This document shows, in pieces, positions 40,813 to 51,892 of a stretch of 64,000 nucleotides of DNA (its first letter is position 1; each line of letters starts with the position of its first letter). The notes beneath the pieces were generated by a model. The model did not search any database and was not told the DNA's origin. It saw nothing but the letters and a program-made list of their open reading frames with translations. Where the stretch lies: contig CBDFJR010000002.1 in the NCBI GenBank assembly GCA_965248535.1, forward strand, positions 2,208,001 through 2,272,000, written 5' to 3'. The DNA comes from Phormidesmis sp. (GTDB lineage Bacteria > Cyanobacteriota > Cyanobacteriia > Leptolyngbyales > Leptolyngbyaceae). Made by a program: the position numbers and the translations under genes.

Positions 40813-42057
40813 ATGTCTTTTTCAACCCTCGGTCTGTCTGATGAAATTGTTCGTGCTGTGACTGCACGAGGCTACACAGAGCCAACCCCAATTCAGATGC
40901 AGGCGATTCCTGCCGTTTTGCTAGGCAGTGATTTGCTGGCAGGGGCCCAAACAGGCACAGGCAAAACCGCTGGTTTTACACTACCGATTTTGCAACGGCT
41001 ATCGGCCAAACGTCTTGAAGATTTGCCGAGTCATCCGCCGATCCGATCGCTGATTCTCACCCCCACCCGCGAACTCGCTGCCCAAGTCGAAGAAAGCGTG
41101 CGCGACTATGGTAAGCATTTAAATCTCACCTCAATGGCAATGTTTGGCGGGGTCAACATTAACCCGCAAATTCGCCGCCTCAAAAGCCGAGTAGACATTC
41201 TCGTGGCCACACCCGGACGATTGCTCGACCATGTGCAGCAACGCACCGTTGACCTTTCGCAAGTTGAAATTCTCGTGCTAGATGAAGCCGATCGGATGCT
41301 CGATATGGGCTTTATTCGCGATATTCGCCGCATTCTCACCAAGTTGCCCCAGCGACGACAGAATTTATTGTTCTCTGCGACTTTTTCTGACGAAATCAAA
41401 GCTCTCGCTCAGACGATTCTCACCCGTCCCACCCTGATCGAGGTCGCGCCTCGGCAAGCCAACGCTGATTTGATCGCTCAAAAAGTCTATCGCGTGGCCC
41501 GCGATCGTAAGTCTGAGTTGTTGACTCACTTAATTAAGCAACACAACTGGTTTCAGGTGTTGGTGTTTACTCGCACCAAGCACGGAGCCGATCGCTTGTC
41601 TAAACAGTTGACCCAGGGCGGCATTCCGGCTTTGGCGATCCACGGCAACAAAAGTCAGTTAGTGAGAACTCGCACGCTGGCAAAGTTTAAAGACGGCACC
41701 CTACAAGTGCTGGTAGCGACCGATATCGCCGCACGGGGCATCGATATTAATGAATTGCCCCAGGTCGTCAACTTCGATCTCCCCGACGTGCCCGAAGACT
41801 ATGTGCATCGCATTGGGCGCACGGGGCGCGCAGGGTCAGCAGGCGAGGCGCTGTCGCTAGTTTGCGTCGATGAATATAAACTGCTTGCCGACATCGAAAA
41901 GCGCATGAAGCGATCGCTGCCCCAAGAAGAGGTGGCTGGTTTTGAGCCTGACCCTAACGCCAAGCCTGAACCGATTCAGCGGCGATCGCCCCGATCTCAG
42001 CCCAGAGGAGAAGTATCGTCTGGACGATCGGCTTCGGGCAACAGTCGGCGGCGTTAA
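40813..42057 (+). CDS. rhlE: DEAD-box RNA helicase (RhlE/CrhC type)
   Basis: Q motif, [41 protein letters not shown] 40813 after GGAG. Confidence 0.9.
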   Translation: MSFSTLGLSDEIVRAVTARGYTEPTPIQMQAIPAVLLGSDLLAGAQTGTGKTAGFTLPILQRLSAKRLEDLPSHPPIRSLILTPTRELAAQVEESVRDYGKHLNLTSMAMFGGVNINPQIRRLKSRVDILVATPGRLLDHVQQRTVDLSQVEILVLDEADRMLDMGFIRDIRRILTKLPQRRQNLLFSATFSDEIKALAQTILTRPTLIEVAPRQANADLIAQKVYRVARDRKSELLTHLIKQHNWFQVLVFTRTKHGADRLSKQLTQGGIPALAIHGNKSQLVRTRTLAKFKDGTLQVLVATDIAARGIDINELPQVVNFDLPDVPEDYVHRIGRTGRAGSAGEALSLVCVDEYKLLADIEKRMKRSLPQEEVAGFEPDPNAKPEPIQRRSPRSQPRGEVSSGRSASGNSRRR

Positions 42058-42095
42058 TCATCGCGATTAATTACAGTCTGGGCAAATTTTAGTCT

Positions 42096-42116
42096 GGGCA
42101 TGGTGATGCCATGCCC
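42096..42116. repeat. REP-like palindrome
   Basis: GGGCATGGTGATGCCATGCCC between convergent genes. Confidence 0.55.
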
Positions 42117-42156
42117 TTTATCGTTGTCAATAACCTACCCGATTCAATTCACGCTT

Positions 42157-44162
42157 TTATTTCCAATCCTTCCAGTTGAGATTCAAGATCGAAGTATTGG
42201 GAAACTCGGTGGGATTACCATTCGCATTTAAGCGTTTTTGCAACTGCTCTAAATTCGCATTCGCTCTGGGTAAATTTTCGATTAACTGATAGGGCATCGT
42301 TCCCGTTTCTAACGCAAAGGAGGCTGTCGTTCCGGCGGCGGCTCCGGCTGACCACTCGATCGCGTGGACTCGATAGGCCGATGCGCTGATATGATCCATG
42401 GCGATGCTTTTGCCCACGACCAGCAAATTATCGACCTTAGGCGGAATCATCGCCCGCAAAGGAATCTGAAACGGATAGGTTTCATCGGCTCCCTGACGCT
42501 CTCCGGGGCGTTCTTGATTGCCGGGTTTTTCGGGCGGCGACTCAACCATGCAAGGGTGGAAATCGAGATTGTAGTGACCAATGCCCACGCTGTCAGGGTA
42601 GATGTGGGCCCGCGATCGCCACTGCAATTCTTGAGGCGAAATCTTGCCGCGAATCACGTCGATCGTGCGTAACCCCGCCAAGGCCGTTGCCAAATCTCGG
42701 TAGGCATCCGGTGAAAGATTTTCGCGATAGTAAGGCGTGTCTCGAAAGTTTTTGCGAGAGGTTGAGATCTCAGCGATCGCAAACCCGTTGGGATAGCCGT
42801 AGGCATAGCGTCCGATTAGCCGCCGCGACTCGCGAATGTAGGGATATTTTGATAACCCGTGCGCCGTGCCCATAGGTGAATCAAAGCCTTTGAGAAACCG
42901 CACATTTGCAAACGGCTTCTTAGTCGCCAGTTTTGCATCACTCGTGCCTGCCACAAACCAGTAGAAGTAGCCCAGAGCTTGCTCTTCGCCGCCTTGCAAA
43001 CTGCTGACTCGCAGCCCACCCTGCCAACCTCCGGGCGCAAGTTGACCCATTGAGACAAGCTGCTGCCGCGTATAGAGATAATTATCAGTAGAGGTGCCCG
43101 GCCCATAGTCATTGCCCCAATTCCAGTTCTGCATTGAGATATCACCGGGTGCGATCGTTCTCGACCCGGCGCTAGATTGGGTGCTCAAAATCCGCCGATA
43201 GGTAAACACCAATTCTGGAGCCTGAGCATATTGATCAGAATTAAAGCTGTAGGAGTGGGCATATTGAGGATAGAACGCAGGCGGCTCAACCGTTTGAGGC
43301 ATTGCTGTTGCCTCCATTGCAAACGGATAAGTAAACGCTTGGGGACAATAGGGATCATCACTAGCACTAGGCGAGGACGGATGGGTATAAGACCGCCCAT
43401 CAATGCCAAGACGATAGGGTAAATCTGCTAGCGCCAATAGTTCACCCGTTTCGGTCGCTTCGACGACATACCACTGACCCGACGCGGGCGGCACAAAGCG
43501 AACAATGGTTTTTTTAAATCTGAGAGGAATCGTCTTCGCTATAGGTAGTCAGCGATCGTGTGAGACAACGGCTCTGCATTCAACGGCGGCGCACCCACCG
43601 CTGCACTGTGCTGAATGCTCAGAACTGATTGAATCTGTTGGCCCGACCCAGCCGTAGCAATTTGCAGATCTTTAACGACAGTGTTAGGAAAAAATTGCAG
43701 TGTTCCCTTTCCCTGTGTTTCGGCTTCTTTCAGCATCGTCTGCAAAATTTCGTGCCCGTCTTTGGGCAAAAAACAGACGGCACTCACCCAGCAGTTTCCA
43801 GGAGATTTCTGATTTTTATAGCGATCGACCAGCCGCTGCCGAAACTCACCATAGCCCTGCGGAAAATAAAGCCGCGATCGCTGGGTTTTTTTCTCATCTA
43901 GCGCCGATGTGCCCTGGGCCGAAACCTGCCCACCCACCCAATCAGTGATTTCAGTCAGACAGACGCGCCGACCCAATTTGAGCGCTTCATAAGCCGTCGC
44001 CACACCCGCCAACCCACCTCCCACCACCAGCACATCACACGCCACCTCGCGATCGACCGATCGGGCAGAAACCTGCGGCATAGGAACCAGCATCGCAGAC
44101 CCAAAAAACAGCCCTAAAGCCAAACGAATGTAAAATTTCATCACAGCAAACCCAAGGGACAT
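42157..44162 (-). pseudogene. Secreted FAD-dependent oxidoreductase interrupted by two nearby +1 insertions (pseudogene or assembly error)
   Basis: DVLVVGGGLAG...WVGGQ in the first ORF; VEATETGE...PYIRESRR...QIPLRAMIP in the second; removing bases near 43547 and 43522 restores ADTYSEDDSSRFKKTIVRFVPP. Confidence 0.8.
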
Positions 44163-44168
44163 AGGATT

Positions 44169-45552
44169 TTGACACTCCCCAGCCCTAAAGGGACGGGGAT
44201 TCTTTAATCAACGAGCCAACTTGCTCAGGCAGGATGGCTCCAACGAGAGTAGAGGTCGATTCTCCTAAAGCGTTGCTTGCATCGAGTGCAAAGGTTCCGG
44301 TATGCCCTACCGTACCCAACCCCCGACTGAGGATGGTTCTCGCTGCATTATGGTCACGGTCTAAGACACAGCCACACAAACAAGTGTGCGTCCGGGTGCT
44401 GAGACTTTTCTTGACCCTTTCCCCACAGCGAGAGCATTCTTGACTGGTGTAGTGAGGATTCACCGCAATGGTGATTCGCCCAAACACTTTCCCGAAGTAT
44501 TCAATCCACGTTCGGAATTGATACCAAGATGCGTCGTTGATGGACTTAGCAAGACAATGATTCTTTGCCATGTTTTTGATTCTCAAATCTTCGTAGGCGA
44601 CTACATCGTTAGATGTGATGACGCACCGTGCGAGTTTCACCGCATGGTCTTTACGCTGCCGACTTATTTTGAGATGGCGTTTGCCAAGAACCTGTCTTGC
44701 TTTGCGTCGGTTGATTGACCCTTTCACTTTGCGAGAAACACGTTTCTGCGACCGCTTGAGGACGACTTCACCCTTGCGGAGAAAGCGAGGATTCTCAACC
44801 ATCACACCATCAGAATCGGTGTAGAACTCTTTCAAGCCCACATCTAATCCAATCGTGTTGCCCGATGCTTCTAACATCTCTGAGCGATTTACATCAACGC
44901 AGAACTGAACATACACCCCATCCGCCCTCTTGACCAATCTGACCCGTTTGATTTGGTCGATGGAGTAGAAACCTAAATCGCGAGTTCCTTTCAGCTTTAA
45001 GCGCCCGATGTTTTTCTTGTCAGTGAACATGATGCTTTTCCGGTCGTCTGCAAGTTTCCAACCAGAGGTTTTGTACTCGACTGAGCGACAATCCTTTTGG
45101 AATTGTGGAAAGCCTTTTTTACCAGGAATCCCTTTCTTACAGTTTTCAAAGAATCGGTTAATTGATGACCAGGCTCGTTCAGCGCTGGCTTGCCTTGCCA
45201 TTGAGTTGAGTTCATTCGCAAACGAGAAGTTCTTCGCCAACACCGCGCAGTATTTCTGCAAGTCGTTTTGCCCTGTGCCTTTGACATCCATCCACAGCCG
45301 AATACAGCTATTGCGGATGAATTGGGCGGTACGAATCGCTTCGTCTACTGCTTTGAATTGGGTTGATTTCCCGTAGGTTTTGAACTCTAAAACAAGCATG
45401 AATTCGACCGACTCTGAGCCGTCTTATATTAACACAAGCAATATAAGACTGACTGGGATGTTACAGTATTTCTACACTCTGTGGCTTAACAGCCACTTGA
45501 GAACCCCTTCTCCATCCCCATATCTGAAGCTAGGGGTTTTAAGGGTTCTCAA
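44169..45552 (-). mobile_element. IS200/IS605-family (IS1341-like, tnpB-only) element
   Basis: Right end GAATCCCCGTCCCTTTAGGGCTGGGGAGTGTCAA ends at 44169; left-end hairpin CCCCTAGCTTCAGATATGGGG lies inside a TTGAGAACCC/GGGTTCTCAA inverted repeat; no tnpA; left boundary approximate. Confidence 0.85.
44185..45399 (-). CDS. tnpB: RNA-guided endonuclease TnpB
   Basis: RuvC triad IGLDVG / AYEDL / DRDHNAA and Zn ribbon CSRC...CLCGC all present. Confidence 0.95.
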   Translation of the reverse strand: MLVLEFKTYGKSTQFKAVDEAIRTAQFIRNSCIRLWMDVKGTGQNDLQKYCAVLAKNFSFANELNSMARQASAERAWSSINRFFENCKKGIPGKKGFPQFQKDCRSVEYKTSGWKLADDRKSIMFTDKKNIGRLKLKGTRDLGFYSIDQIKRVRLVKRADGVYVQFCVDVNRSEMLEASGNTIGLDVGLKEFYTDSDGVMVENPRFLRKGEVVLKRSQKRVSRKVKGSINRRKARQVLGKRHLKISRQRKDHAVKLARCVITSNDVVAYEDLRIKNMAKNHCLAKSINDASWYQFRTWIEYFGKVFGRITIAVNPHYTSQECSRCGERVKKSLSTRTHTCLCGCVLDRDHNAARTILSRGLGTVGHTGTFALDASNALGESTSTLVGAILPEQVGSLIKESPSL

Positions 45553-45872
45553 ACTTTCCGTTCCGGTAAAGGGAGTTAGGCAACCTCGTAACCTACCGTT
45601 CGATGGTTATTGATTCAGTTGCCCAGTCTGATGGTATAGCTTCATCTCAGCTTTATAAGGAAGCGAGTCTCCGTCAATTAATCTCGTCATCTACTACTAT
45701 GGAAACTCTGATTCCTTTGCTCAGATAAATTGAGCAAAATAGACCATTGGGCACACAGTAGGGCTGCTCTACCTCCACGATCGCATAGCCAAACAGGGTT
45801 TTTAAGTGCTCAACTTCGACTGCAATGCAGAATTTTAAATCGATCTAAGACTGTAATTTTACAGAGAACTTT

Positions 45873-46718
45873 ATGAAGCACGGCCTATTCCTAAATGCGA
45901 CGTTAATCGCCAGCGCCCAGTTACTCGGTGGGTCAAAGTTGATGGCTCAAAAAACGGTTCCCGTTCGCGTCGATCGCTGGCTGGCTGTTCAACAACTCAC
46001 CGGAGTAGTCAGCTACCGCAGGAGCACCGCGTCTAGACCAGCCCAAGTCGGCGATCGGCTCGAAATCGTTGGAGACAGCCTCTCAACCAGTCAAAACTCT
46101 GCGGCGCGGCTGCTCGTAGATACCGGGGTGGGCACCGTTAACCTGTTTGAAAACACAACGCTGCGAGTTCAGTCGCTGACGATGGCTCCTGATCATGGGC
46201 GCATCACCCGACTCGAAGTTTTGCGAGGGCAAATTTATCTCAAGCTGCGCCGCTTTACCAATCCCGGTTCTCGGCTCGAAATCAAAACACCTGCTGGGTT
46301 GAGTGGCGTTCGCGGCACCGAGTTTGGTTTAGCAATTCAGCCCAGTGGCAAAACGGGACTGGCAACCCGGCAGGGGGCCGTCGCAACGTCTGCGAAAGGA
46401 GTAGAGGTAAGAGTCGCAGCAGGCTATCAAAACTTTACAATTTTGGGGGAATCGCCTTCAATCCCTGTACCTTTAAAGAATGATCCCAGTTTGCAATACC
46501 GCGTGCAGCGAGAAATCGACTCTCGAAATATTCGTAGAATTCGATTGATGGGTCAAACCGATCCGGTCAATATGCTGACGATCGATGGCGTTGCCCAATC
46601 CACCGATCGCACAGGTCAGTTTAATGCTCTGTTCTATGCCTCGTCTTACCCCCGCGTTAAGGTCGTTGTCACCACCCCGCTTGGAAAAACTGAGACTTAT
46701 GAACTGGCGCTTCAGTGA
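45873..46718 (+). CDS. FecR-domain exported protein
   Basis: GDSLST...SAARL.VD, EIKTPAGLSGVRGTEF. Confidence 0.85.
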   Translation: MKHGLFLNATLIASAQLLGGSKLMAQKTVPVRVDRWLAVQQLTGVVSYRRSTASRPAQVGDRLEIVGDSLSTSQNSAARLLVDTGVGTVNLFENTTLRVQSLTMAPDHGRITRLEVLRGQIYLKLRRFTNPGSRLEIKTPAGLSGVRGTEFGLAIQPSGKTGLATRQGAVATSAKGVEVRVAAGYQNFTILGESPSIPVPLKNDPSLQYRVQREIDSRNIRRIRLMGQTDPVNMLTIDGVAQSTDRTGQFNALFYASSYPRVKVVVTTPLGKTETYELALQ

Positions 46719-48975
46719 CTATGGATGGCGGCTCCTGCCGGGGGGGATCGCGGCTTTATGGATAGCAACGCTGTTGAGACTAGGAGCGTTACAGCCGTTA
46801 GAAAACCTGGGTTACAATGCCTTATTTAGACTTCGGGGAGGCGTGTCTTGGGATGATCGACTGGTTTTAGTCGCGATCGACGATGCCAGCATTCGTCGCC
46901 TGGGTCAGTTTCCCTGGTCGCGCCGCACCTATACCCAGTTGCTCAAACGATTAGACAAAGCCGAGCCGAGCGTCATCGCCTTTGACTTACTGTTTTCTGA
47001 ATCGACTCACGATGACGCTGCCTTTGCCGATGCCATTCTACGATCGGGGCGAGTCATCCTATCCCAAGGCTGGGACAGCACAGGCATTCCCCTTTTGCCC
47101 GCGTCACCGCTTCGAGAAGCCAGCCTGGCCACCGGGCACATTTTGATTCACCCAGATGCAGACGGGCTGATTCGTCAGCTTGAGCCACAGGTCAATGGAG
47201 AAACCGCCCTCGGCGTTGCCGCTGTTGACGGCTATTCGCTCTCGCAGGCAGTGATTCAGCCGCCTGATCTGAGCAAACCCGTCTGGCTCAACTGGGCAGG
47301 AACGCCACCACCCCACTACTCGTTTGCCGATGTGGTGCAGGGGCAGATCGACGATCGGGCGTTCCGCAACAAAATCGTCTTGGTGGGCGTAACCGCAACG
47401 GGCATTGAGCCACGACTCACCCCTTTTGCCCAACCCCCAACAGTGAGTGGGGTGCATCTTCAGGCAACCCTGATCAACAATTTGCTGCAAGGCAACGCCC
47501 TCAAACCGATGGATGAGGCCTGGCTGCTGCTCGTCTTTATCGGCGCGGCTCCGGCGTTTGGGTGGCTGATCAGCTATTGGCGGGTCGATCAACAAGTGGC
47601 GATCGCGGCGACTCTCGGTTTAGGGTGGGTTGGGTTGAGCGTTGCCCTGCTCACAGCAGGATGGTTGCTGCCCGTGGCGCTGCCCTTAAGCTTGTTAGTC
47701 ACAACTACAGTCACCGCGATCGTGTTAGAGCGCCTAAGAGTGAATGCGCTGCTTCAGCAACAAATCCAGCAGCTTTGGCAGGTCTATCAGCCAGATCTGG
47801 TTATGCCCTCAAAGGTTGAATCGTCAACTTGCGAGGGGGTGCCATCCCTGCACCGAGTCACCCAACTCGCCACCCTAGCAGAGCAATTTGGGCGATCGCA
47901 ATCGACTCAAGCCGCGATCGCTCGCAGCTTATCGATCGGGCTAGTCGCCGCCGACCTCGACGGCATCGTCTGGTTTTGCAATCCCGTCGGGTCAGATTGG
48001 CTCAATATTCAGCCAGGCAGCCAGTTAGCGCTCCATCTAGTGCCTGAGTGGATCGGGGCCGACGATTGGGCAAAAAGGGTTGCCGATCTGCATCACATCG
48101 GTCAGGCAAAGCCCTACGAGGTGCAGCGAGGCAATCGTTGGGTTTGCCTCAAACTTGAGCCGTTGACGCAGCCCACTCCTGCCAAAAACCCCAGTCAGTT
48201 AGATGGCATCTTATTGCTATTAGAAGACATCACCGATCACAAGCAAGTCGAAGCCACTCTCGATCAACAAGTGCACGAACTCAATCGCATGAGTCAACTC
48301 AAAGATGAGTTTCTGAGCACCGTTTCCCATGAGTTACGCACGCCGCTGACCAACATGAAAGTAGCCATTAAACTTTTGAGCCTGGCTCAAGAGGAAGGGC
48401 CGCGATCGCACTATCTCAAAATTCTCGATCGTGAGTGCCTCCGAGAAGCCGATCTCATCAATGATCTATTAGACTTACAGCGGTTAGAGTCGGGGGCCCC
48501 AATCACCAACTCAGAGCCGATTTATCTGCAAGAGTGGCTGCCGCCAATCATTGAGCCATTTTATAAACGCACCGAAGCGCGTCAACAGTCTCTAGCCGTT
48601 AAAGTCGCGTCTCAGCTTCCCCATCTATTTTCTGATCAGCCCAGTTTAGAACGCATTCTCGTCGAGTTAGTCAACAATGCCTGCAAATATACCCCCCCGG
48701 CCGGCGCAATTTTAGTATCGGCAGAGTGGTCACCACCGCATATTGAATTAACCGTCAGCAACTCTGGGGCTGAGATCCCTGAGAAGGAGCTATCCCGCAT
48801 TTTTGAGCGCTTTTATCGAGTGCCTCAATCCGATCCCTGGAAACAAGGAGGAACCGGATTGGGATTATCGCTGGTCAAAAAGTTAGTCGAGCGATTAGGG
48901 GGCAACATTCAGGTCAAAAGCGGCAGCGGCTCAACGACTTTTGTCGTGCAGTTGCCTTTGCAGGGAGTAGATTAA
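46699..48975 (+). CDS. CHASE2 / PAS-like histidine kinase
   Basis: LVAIDD.SI..LGQFPWSR, IAFDLLF, DADGLIR, KIVLVG, SGV.LQA; H-box VSHELRTP; start ATG 46699 inferred. Confidence 0.9.
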   Translation: MNWRFSDYGWRLLPGGIAALWIATLLRLGALQPLENLGYNALFRLRGGVSWDDRLVLVAIDDASIRRLGQFPWSRRTYTQLLKRLDKAEPSVIAFDLLFSESTHDDAAFADAILRSGRVILSQGWDSTGIPLLPASPLREASLATGHILIHPDADGLIRQLEPQVNGETALGVAAVDGYSLSQAVIQPPDLSKPVWLNWAGTPPPHYSFADVVQGQIDDRAFRNKIVLVGVTATGIEPRLTPFAQPPTVSGVHLQATLINNLLQGNALKPMDEAWLLLVFIGAAPAFGWLISYWRVDQQVAIAATLGLGWVGLSVALLTAGWLLPVALPLSLLVTTTVTAIVLERLRVNALLQQQIQQLWQVYQPDLVMPSKVESSTCEGVPSLHRVTQLATLAEQFGRSQSTQAAIARSLSIGLVAADLDGIVWFCNPVGSDWLNIQPGSQLALHLVPEWIGADDWAKRVADLHHIGQAKPYEVQRGNRWVCLKLEPLTQPTPAKNPSQLDGILLLLEDITDHKQVEATLDQQVHELNRMSQLKDEFLSTVSHELRTPLTNMKVAIKLLSLAQEEGPRSHYLKILDRECLREADLINDLLDLQRLESGAPITNSEPIYLQEWLPPIIEPFYKRTEARQQSLAVKVASQLPHLFSDQPSLERILVELVNNACKYTPPAGAILVSAEWSPPHIELTVSNSGAEIPEKELSRIFERFYRVPQSDPWKQGGTGLGLSLVKKLVERLGGNIQVKSGSGSTTFVVQLPLQGVD

Positions 48976-49027
48976 ATCCTGTCGTTACTAACCAACCTAG
49001 ATCCCCTTTCTTAGAACTGGACTACCC

Positions 49028-49071
49028 AAAAAAGTGCCCATTCTGCAAAGACATCTTCACAAAATGGGCAC
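49028..49071 (-). terminator. Intrinsic terminator after glgP
   Basis: GTGCCCATT...AATGGGCAC stem followed by T6 on the minus strand. Confidence 0.65.
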
Positions 49072-49091
49072 CGATTCAGAATCTTTGAAAT

Positions 49092-51608
49092 CTAAACTTG
49101 ATCGACCAGCGTTTGCTTTAGCCTTGGCATTGGCAACTCACAATCTTCTAACGAGACGGGCACAGGCTCAACGTGCCAGATGCTCTTGCAATACTCGCTG
49201 ATCGTGTAGTCTGACGAAAACTTGCCCATGCGCGCCACGTTTAAGATCGACATCCGCGTCCAATGGGTCTGATCTTGATAGGCCAGACTCACCTTCTCTT
49301 GGCAATCGACATAAAACTGGTAGTCTGCCAGCAGCATATACTCATCTTTGTATAAGAGTGAGTCTACGATCGACTTAAATAGCCCTGGCTCTTTGGGCGA
49401 AAAGAAGCCAGACGCAATCTGATCAATCACCGTTTTAAGTTCGGCATTGTTGCGATAGTAAGCGAGAGGATTGTAGCCCTGCGCCTTCATCGCCGCCACT
49501 TCTTGAGCATCTAAACCAAAGAGAAAGAAGTTTTCTGCGCCTACTTCTTCGCGGATCTCGACGTTGGCTCCATCTAAAGTGCCGATCGTCAACGCCCCGC
49601 TGAGAGCAAACTTCATATTTCCGGTGCCAGAGGCTTCTTTTCCGGCGGTCGAAATCTGCTCAGACAGGTCAGCAGCGGGATAGGTAATCTGCCCCAGCGA
49701 GACTGAGAAGTTGCCCAAATAAGCAACTTTTAGCATCCCGTTGACATCGGGATCATTATTCACCACTTCGGCAATGGAGTTAATCAACTTGATCACGAGC
49801 TTTGCCATGAAGTAGCCCGGAGCCGCTTTGCCGCCAAAGATAAAGGTTCTCGGAACGTCAGTTGGGCTGGCACCGTGCTGTTTAATCCGGTTATACAGCG
49901 CGATCACATGCAGAGCATTGAGCAATTGCCGCTTGTATTCGTGAATGCGTTTCACCTGCACATCAAACAGCGAATCTGGATCGATCTCAAGGTTGTTGTT
50001 GCTTTGAATATAATCGGCCAGGGTGCGCTTATTGTCTTGCTTGATCGTGCGCCATGCTGCTTGGAACTCAGCATCATCGACAAACGCTTCTAGCTTTTTC
50101 AACTCTGACAGATCTTTGACCCAGCGATCGCCGATTTTGCTCGTGATCAGTCCCGAAAGCTCTGGGTTGCTCATCAGCAGCCAGCGGCGCGGGGTGACCC
50201 CATTGGTCTTGTTTTGAAACTTCTCTGGATACATCTCGTAGAAGTCGTGCATCACATCACGCTTCAGCAGTTCTGTATGCAGAGCGGCAACCCCATTGGT
50301 GGTGTGACTGCCGACAAACGCTAGATGGGCCATGCGAATGTGCTTGTCGTCGCCTTCTTGAATCAGCGACATGCGCTCAAGTCGGTCACGATCGCCCGGA
50401 AACTTTTGCCGAATCTCATCTAAGAAGCGGTAATTGATTTCATAAATGATTTCCAGGTGACGAGGCAACAGCCGCCCAAACAGTCCGACTGACCAGCGCT
50501 CTAGAGCCTCAACCAGCAGCGTGTGATTGGTGTAGGCAAAGGTCTTGCGGGTGATATCCCAGGCGTGTTCCCACTCCAGCGCGTGCTCGTCGATCAAAAG
50601 GCGCATCAGCTCGGCAACCCCGATCGAGGGGTGAGTGTCGTTTAGCTGAATTGCCACCTTGTCGGAAAACTCGTCAAAACTGTCGTGATTGCGGAGATAC
50701 GATCGGATGATATCTTGCAGCGAACAGGAGACAAAGAAGTATTGCTGCTGAAGCCGCAGTTCTTTGCCTTGGGGTGTGTTGTCGTTGGGGTAGAGGACTT
50801 TGGAGATATTTTCTGAAAACGTTTTCTCGGCCACCGCTTGTGTATATTCGCCCGCGTCAAAAACCTGGAAGTTAAAGTCTTCGCTGGCTTTAGCGCTCCA
50901 GAGGCGGAGGGTGTTGACGGTGTTGTTGCGATAGCCAGGCACGGGCGTATCGTAGGGAACGCCATACACCGTGTCTTGAGGAACCCAGCGAACTCGATAG
51001 CCACCCTGAGCATCGGTGACCGCCTCGGTATGTCCACCCAGTTTGATCTCGACGGTGTAATCGTTGCGGGCAATTTCCCAGGGGTTGCCATAGCGCAGCC
51101 AGTTGTCAGGACGTTCACGCTGCCAGCCATCCACAATAGACTGGTCAAAAATGCCGTATTGATAGCGAATGCCGTATCCCATCGCAGGAATCTCTAGGGT
51201 CGCTAACGAGTCTAAAAAGCAGGCGGCGAGTCGTCCGAGTCCACCGTTGCCTAAACCGGGTTCTTCTTCTTGCTCTAACAGATCTTCCAGGTTTAGCCCC
51301 ATTTCTTTGGCGGCTTCTTTCATCTCGTCATAAATGCCTAAGTTAATCAGGTTATTGGCTGAGAGCCGCCCGACGAGAAACTCGGCAGAGAGATAATAGA
51401 CGACTTTGGTGTCTTTCTTGAAATAGGTTTGTGCGGTTTTAATGCGGCGATCGGTCAGGCGATCGCGCACGGTGTAAGCCAGCGCCATGTAGTAATCGTT
51501 TAACGTGGCAAACTGCTCATCTCTGCCCTGAATGTAATAGAGGTGGTCTATCAGGGCTTGCTTGAGGTTTTCCAGCCTCATTCCTGTGCGATCGTTTTTA
51601 CCCAACAT
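49092..51608 (-). CDS. glgP: Glycogen phosphorylase
   Basis: [44 protein letters not shown] site. Confidence 0.97.
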   Translation of the reverse strand: MLGKNDRTGMRLENLKQALIDHLYYIQGRDEQFATLNDYYMALAYTVRDRLTDRRIKTAQTYFKKDTKVVYYLSAEFLVGRLSANNLINLGIYDEMKEAAKEMGLNLEDLLEQEEEPGLGNGGLGRLAACFLDSLATLEIPAMGYGIRYQYGIFDQSIVDGWQRERPDNWLRYGNPWEIARNDYTVEIKLGGHTEAVTDAQGGYRVRWVPQDTVYGVPYDTPVPGYRNNTVNTLRLWSAKASEDFNFQVFDAGEYTQAVAEKTFSENISKVLYPNDNTPQGKELRLQQQYFFVSCSLQDIIRSYLRNHDSFDEFSDKVAIQLNDTHPSIGVAELMRLLIDEHALEWEHAWDITRKTFAYTNHTLLVEALERWSVGLFGRLLPRHLEIIYEINYRFLDEIRQKFPGDRDRLERMSLIQEGDDKHIRMAHLAFVGSHTTNGVAALHTELLKRDVMHDFYEMYPEKFQNKTNGVTPRRWLLMSNPELSGLITSKIGDRWVKDLSELKKLEAFVDDAEFQAAWRTIKQDNKRTLADYIQSNNNLEIDPDSLFDVQVKRIHEYKRQLLNALHVIALYNRIKQHGASPTDVPRTFIFGGKAAPGYFMAKLVIKLINSIAEVVNNDPDVNGMLKVAYLGNFSVSLGQITYPAADLSEQISTAGKEASGTGNMKFALSGALTIGTLDGANVEIREEVGAENFFLFGLDAQEVAAMKAQGYNPLAYYRNNAELKTVIDQIASGFFSPKEPGLFKSIVDSLLYKDEYMLLADYQFYVDCQEKVSLAYQDQTHWTRMSILNVARMGKFSSDYTISEYCKSIWHVEPVPVSLEDCELPMPRLKQTLVDQV

Positions 51609-51892
51609 AGGCTATTCGCTTTCTCCTACAAATCATCGGCGTGAGTTTGTCCGCATTGGGCACCTTACAACTGGCGATTGCCCAGAGGAAGTAACCAGCA
51701 TCACAGTAAACGATGATTTTAGCAAACTGAGAGAAGTTAAACAAAATAACAGAAAGACGGCTGAACGCCCACCGGGGATCGCTATTTTTCGTTCCCAGCA
51801 TCGTTTTTCTAGTCTCTGTGGTCGTGGTTAATGAGCGATCGAGAGCCTCGACAGATCATCAAAGCCTGTTGATAGTCTTGAATTAATCTGCA

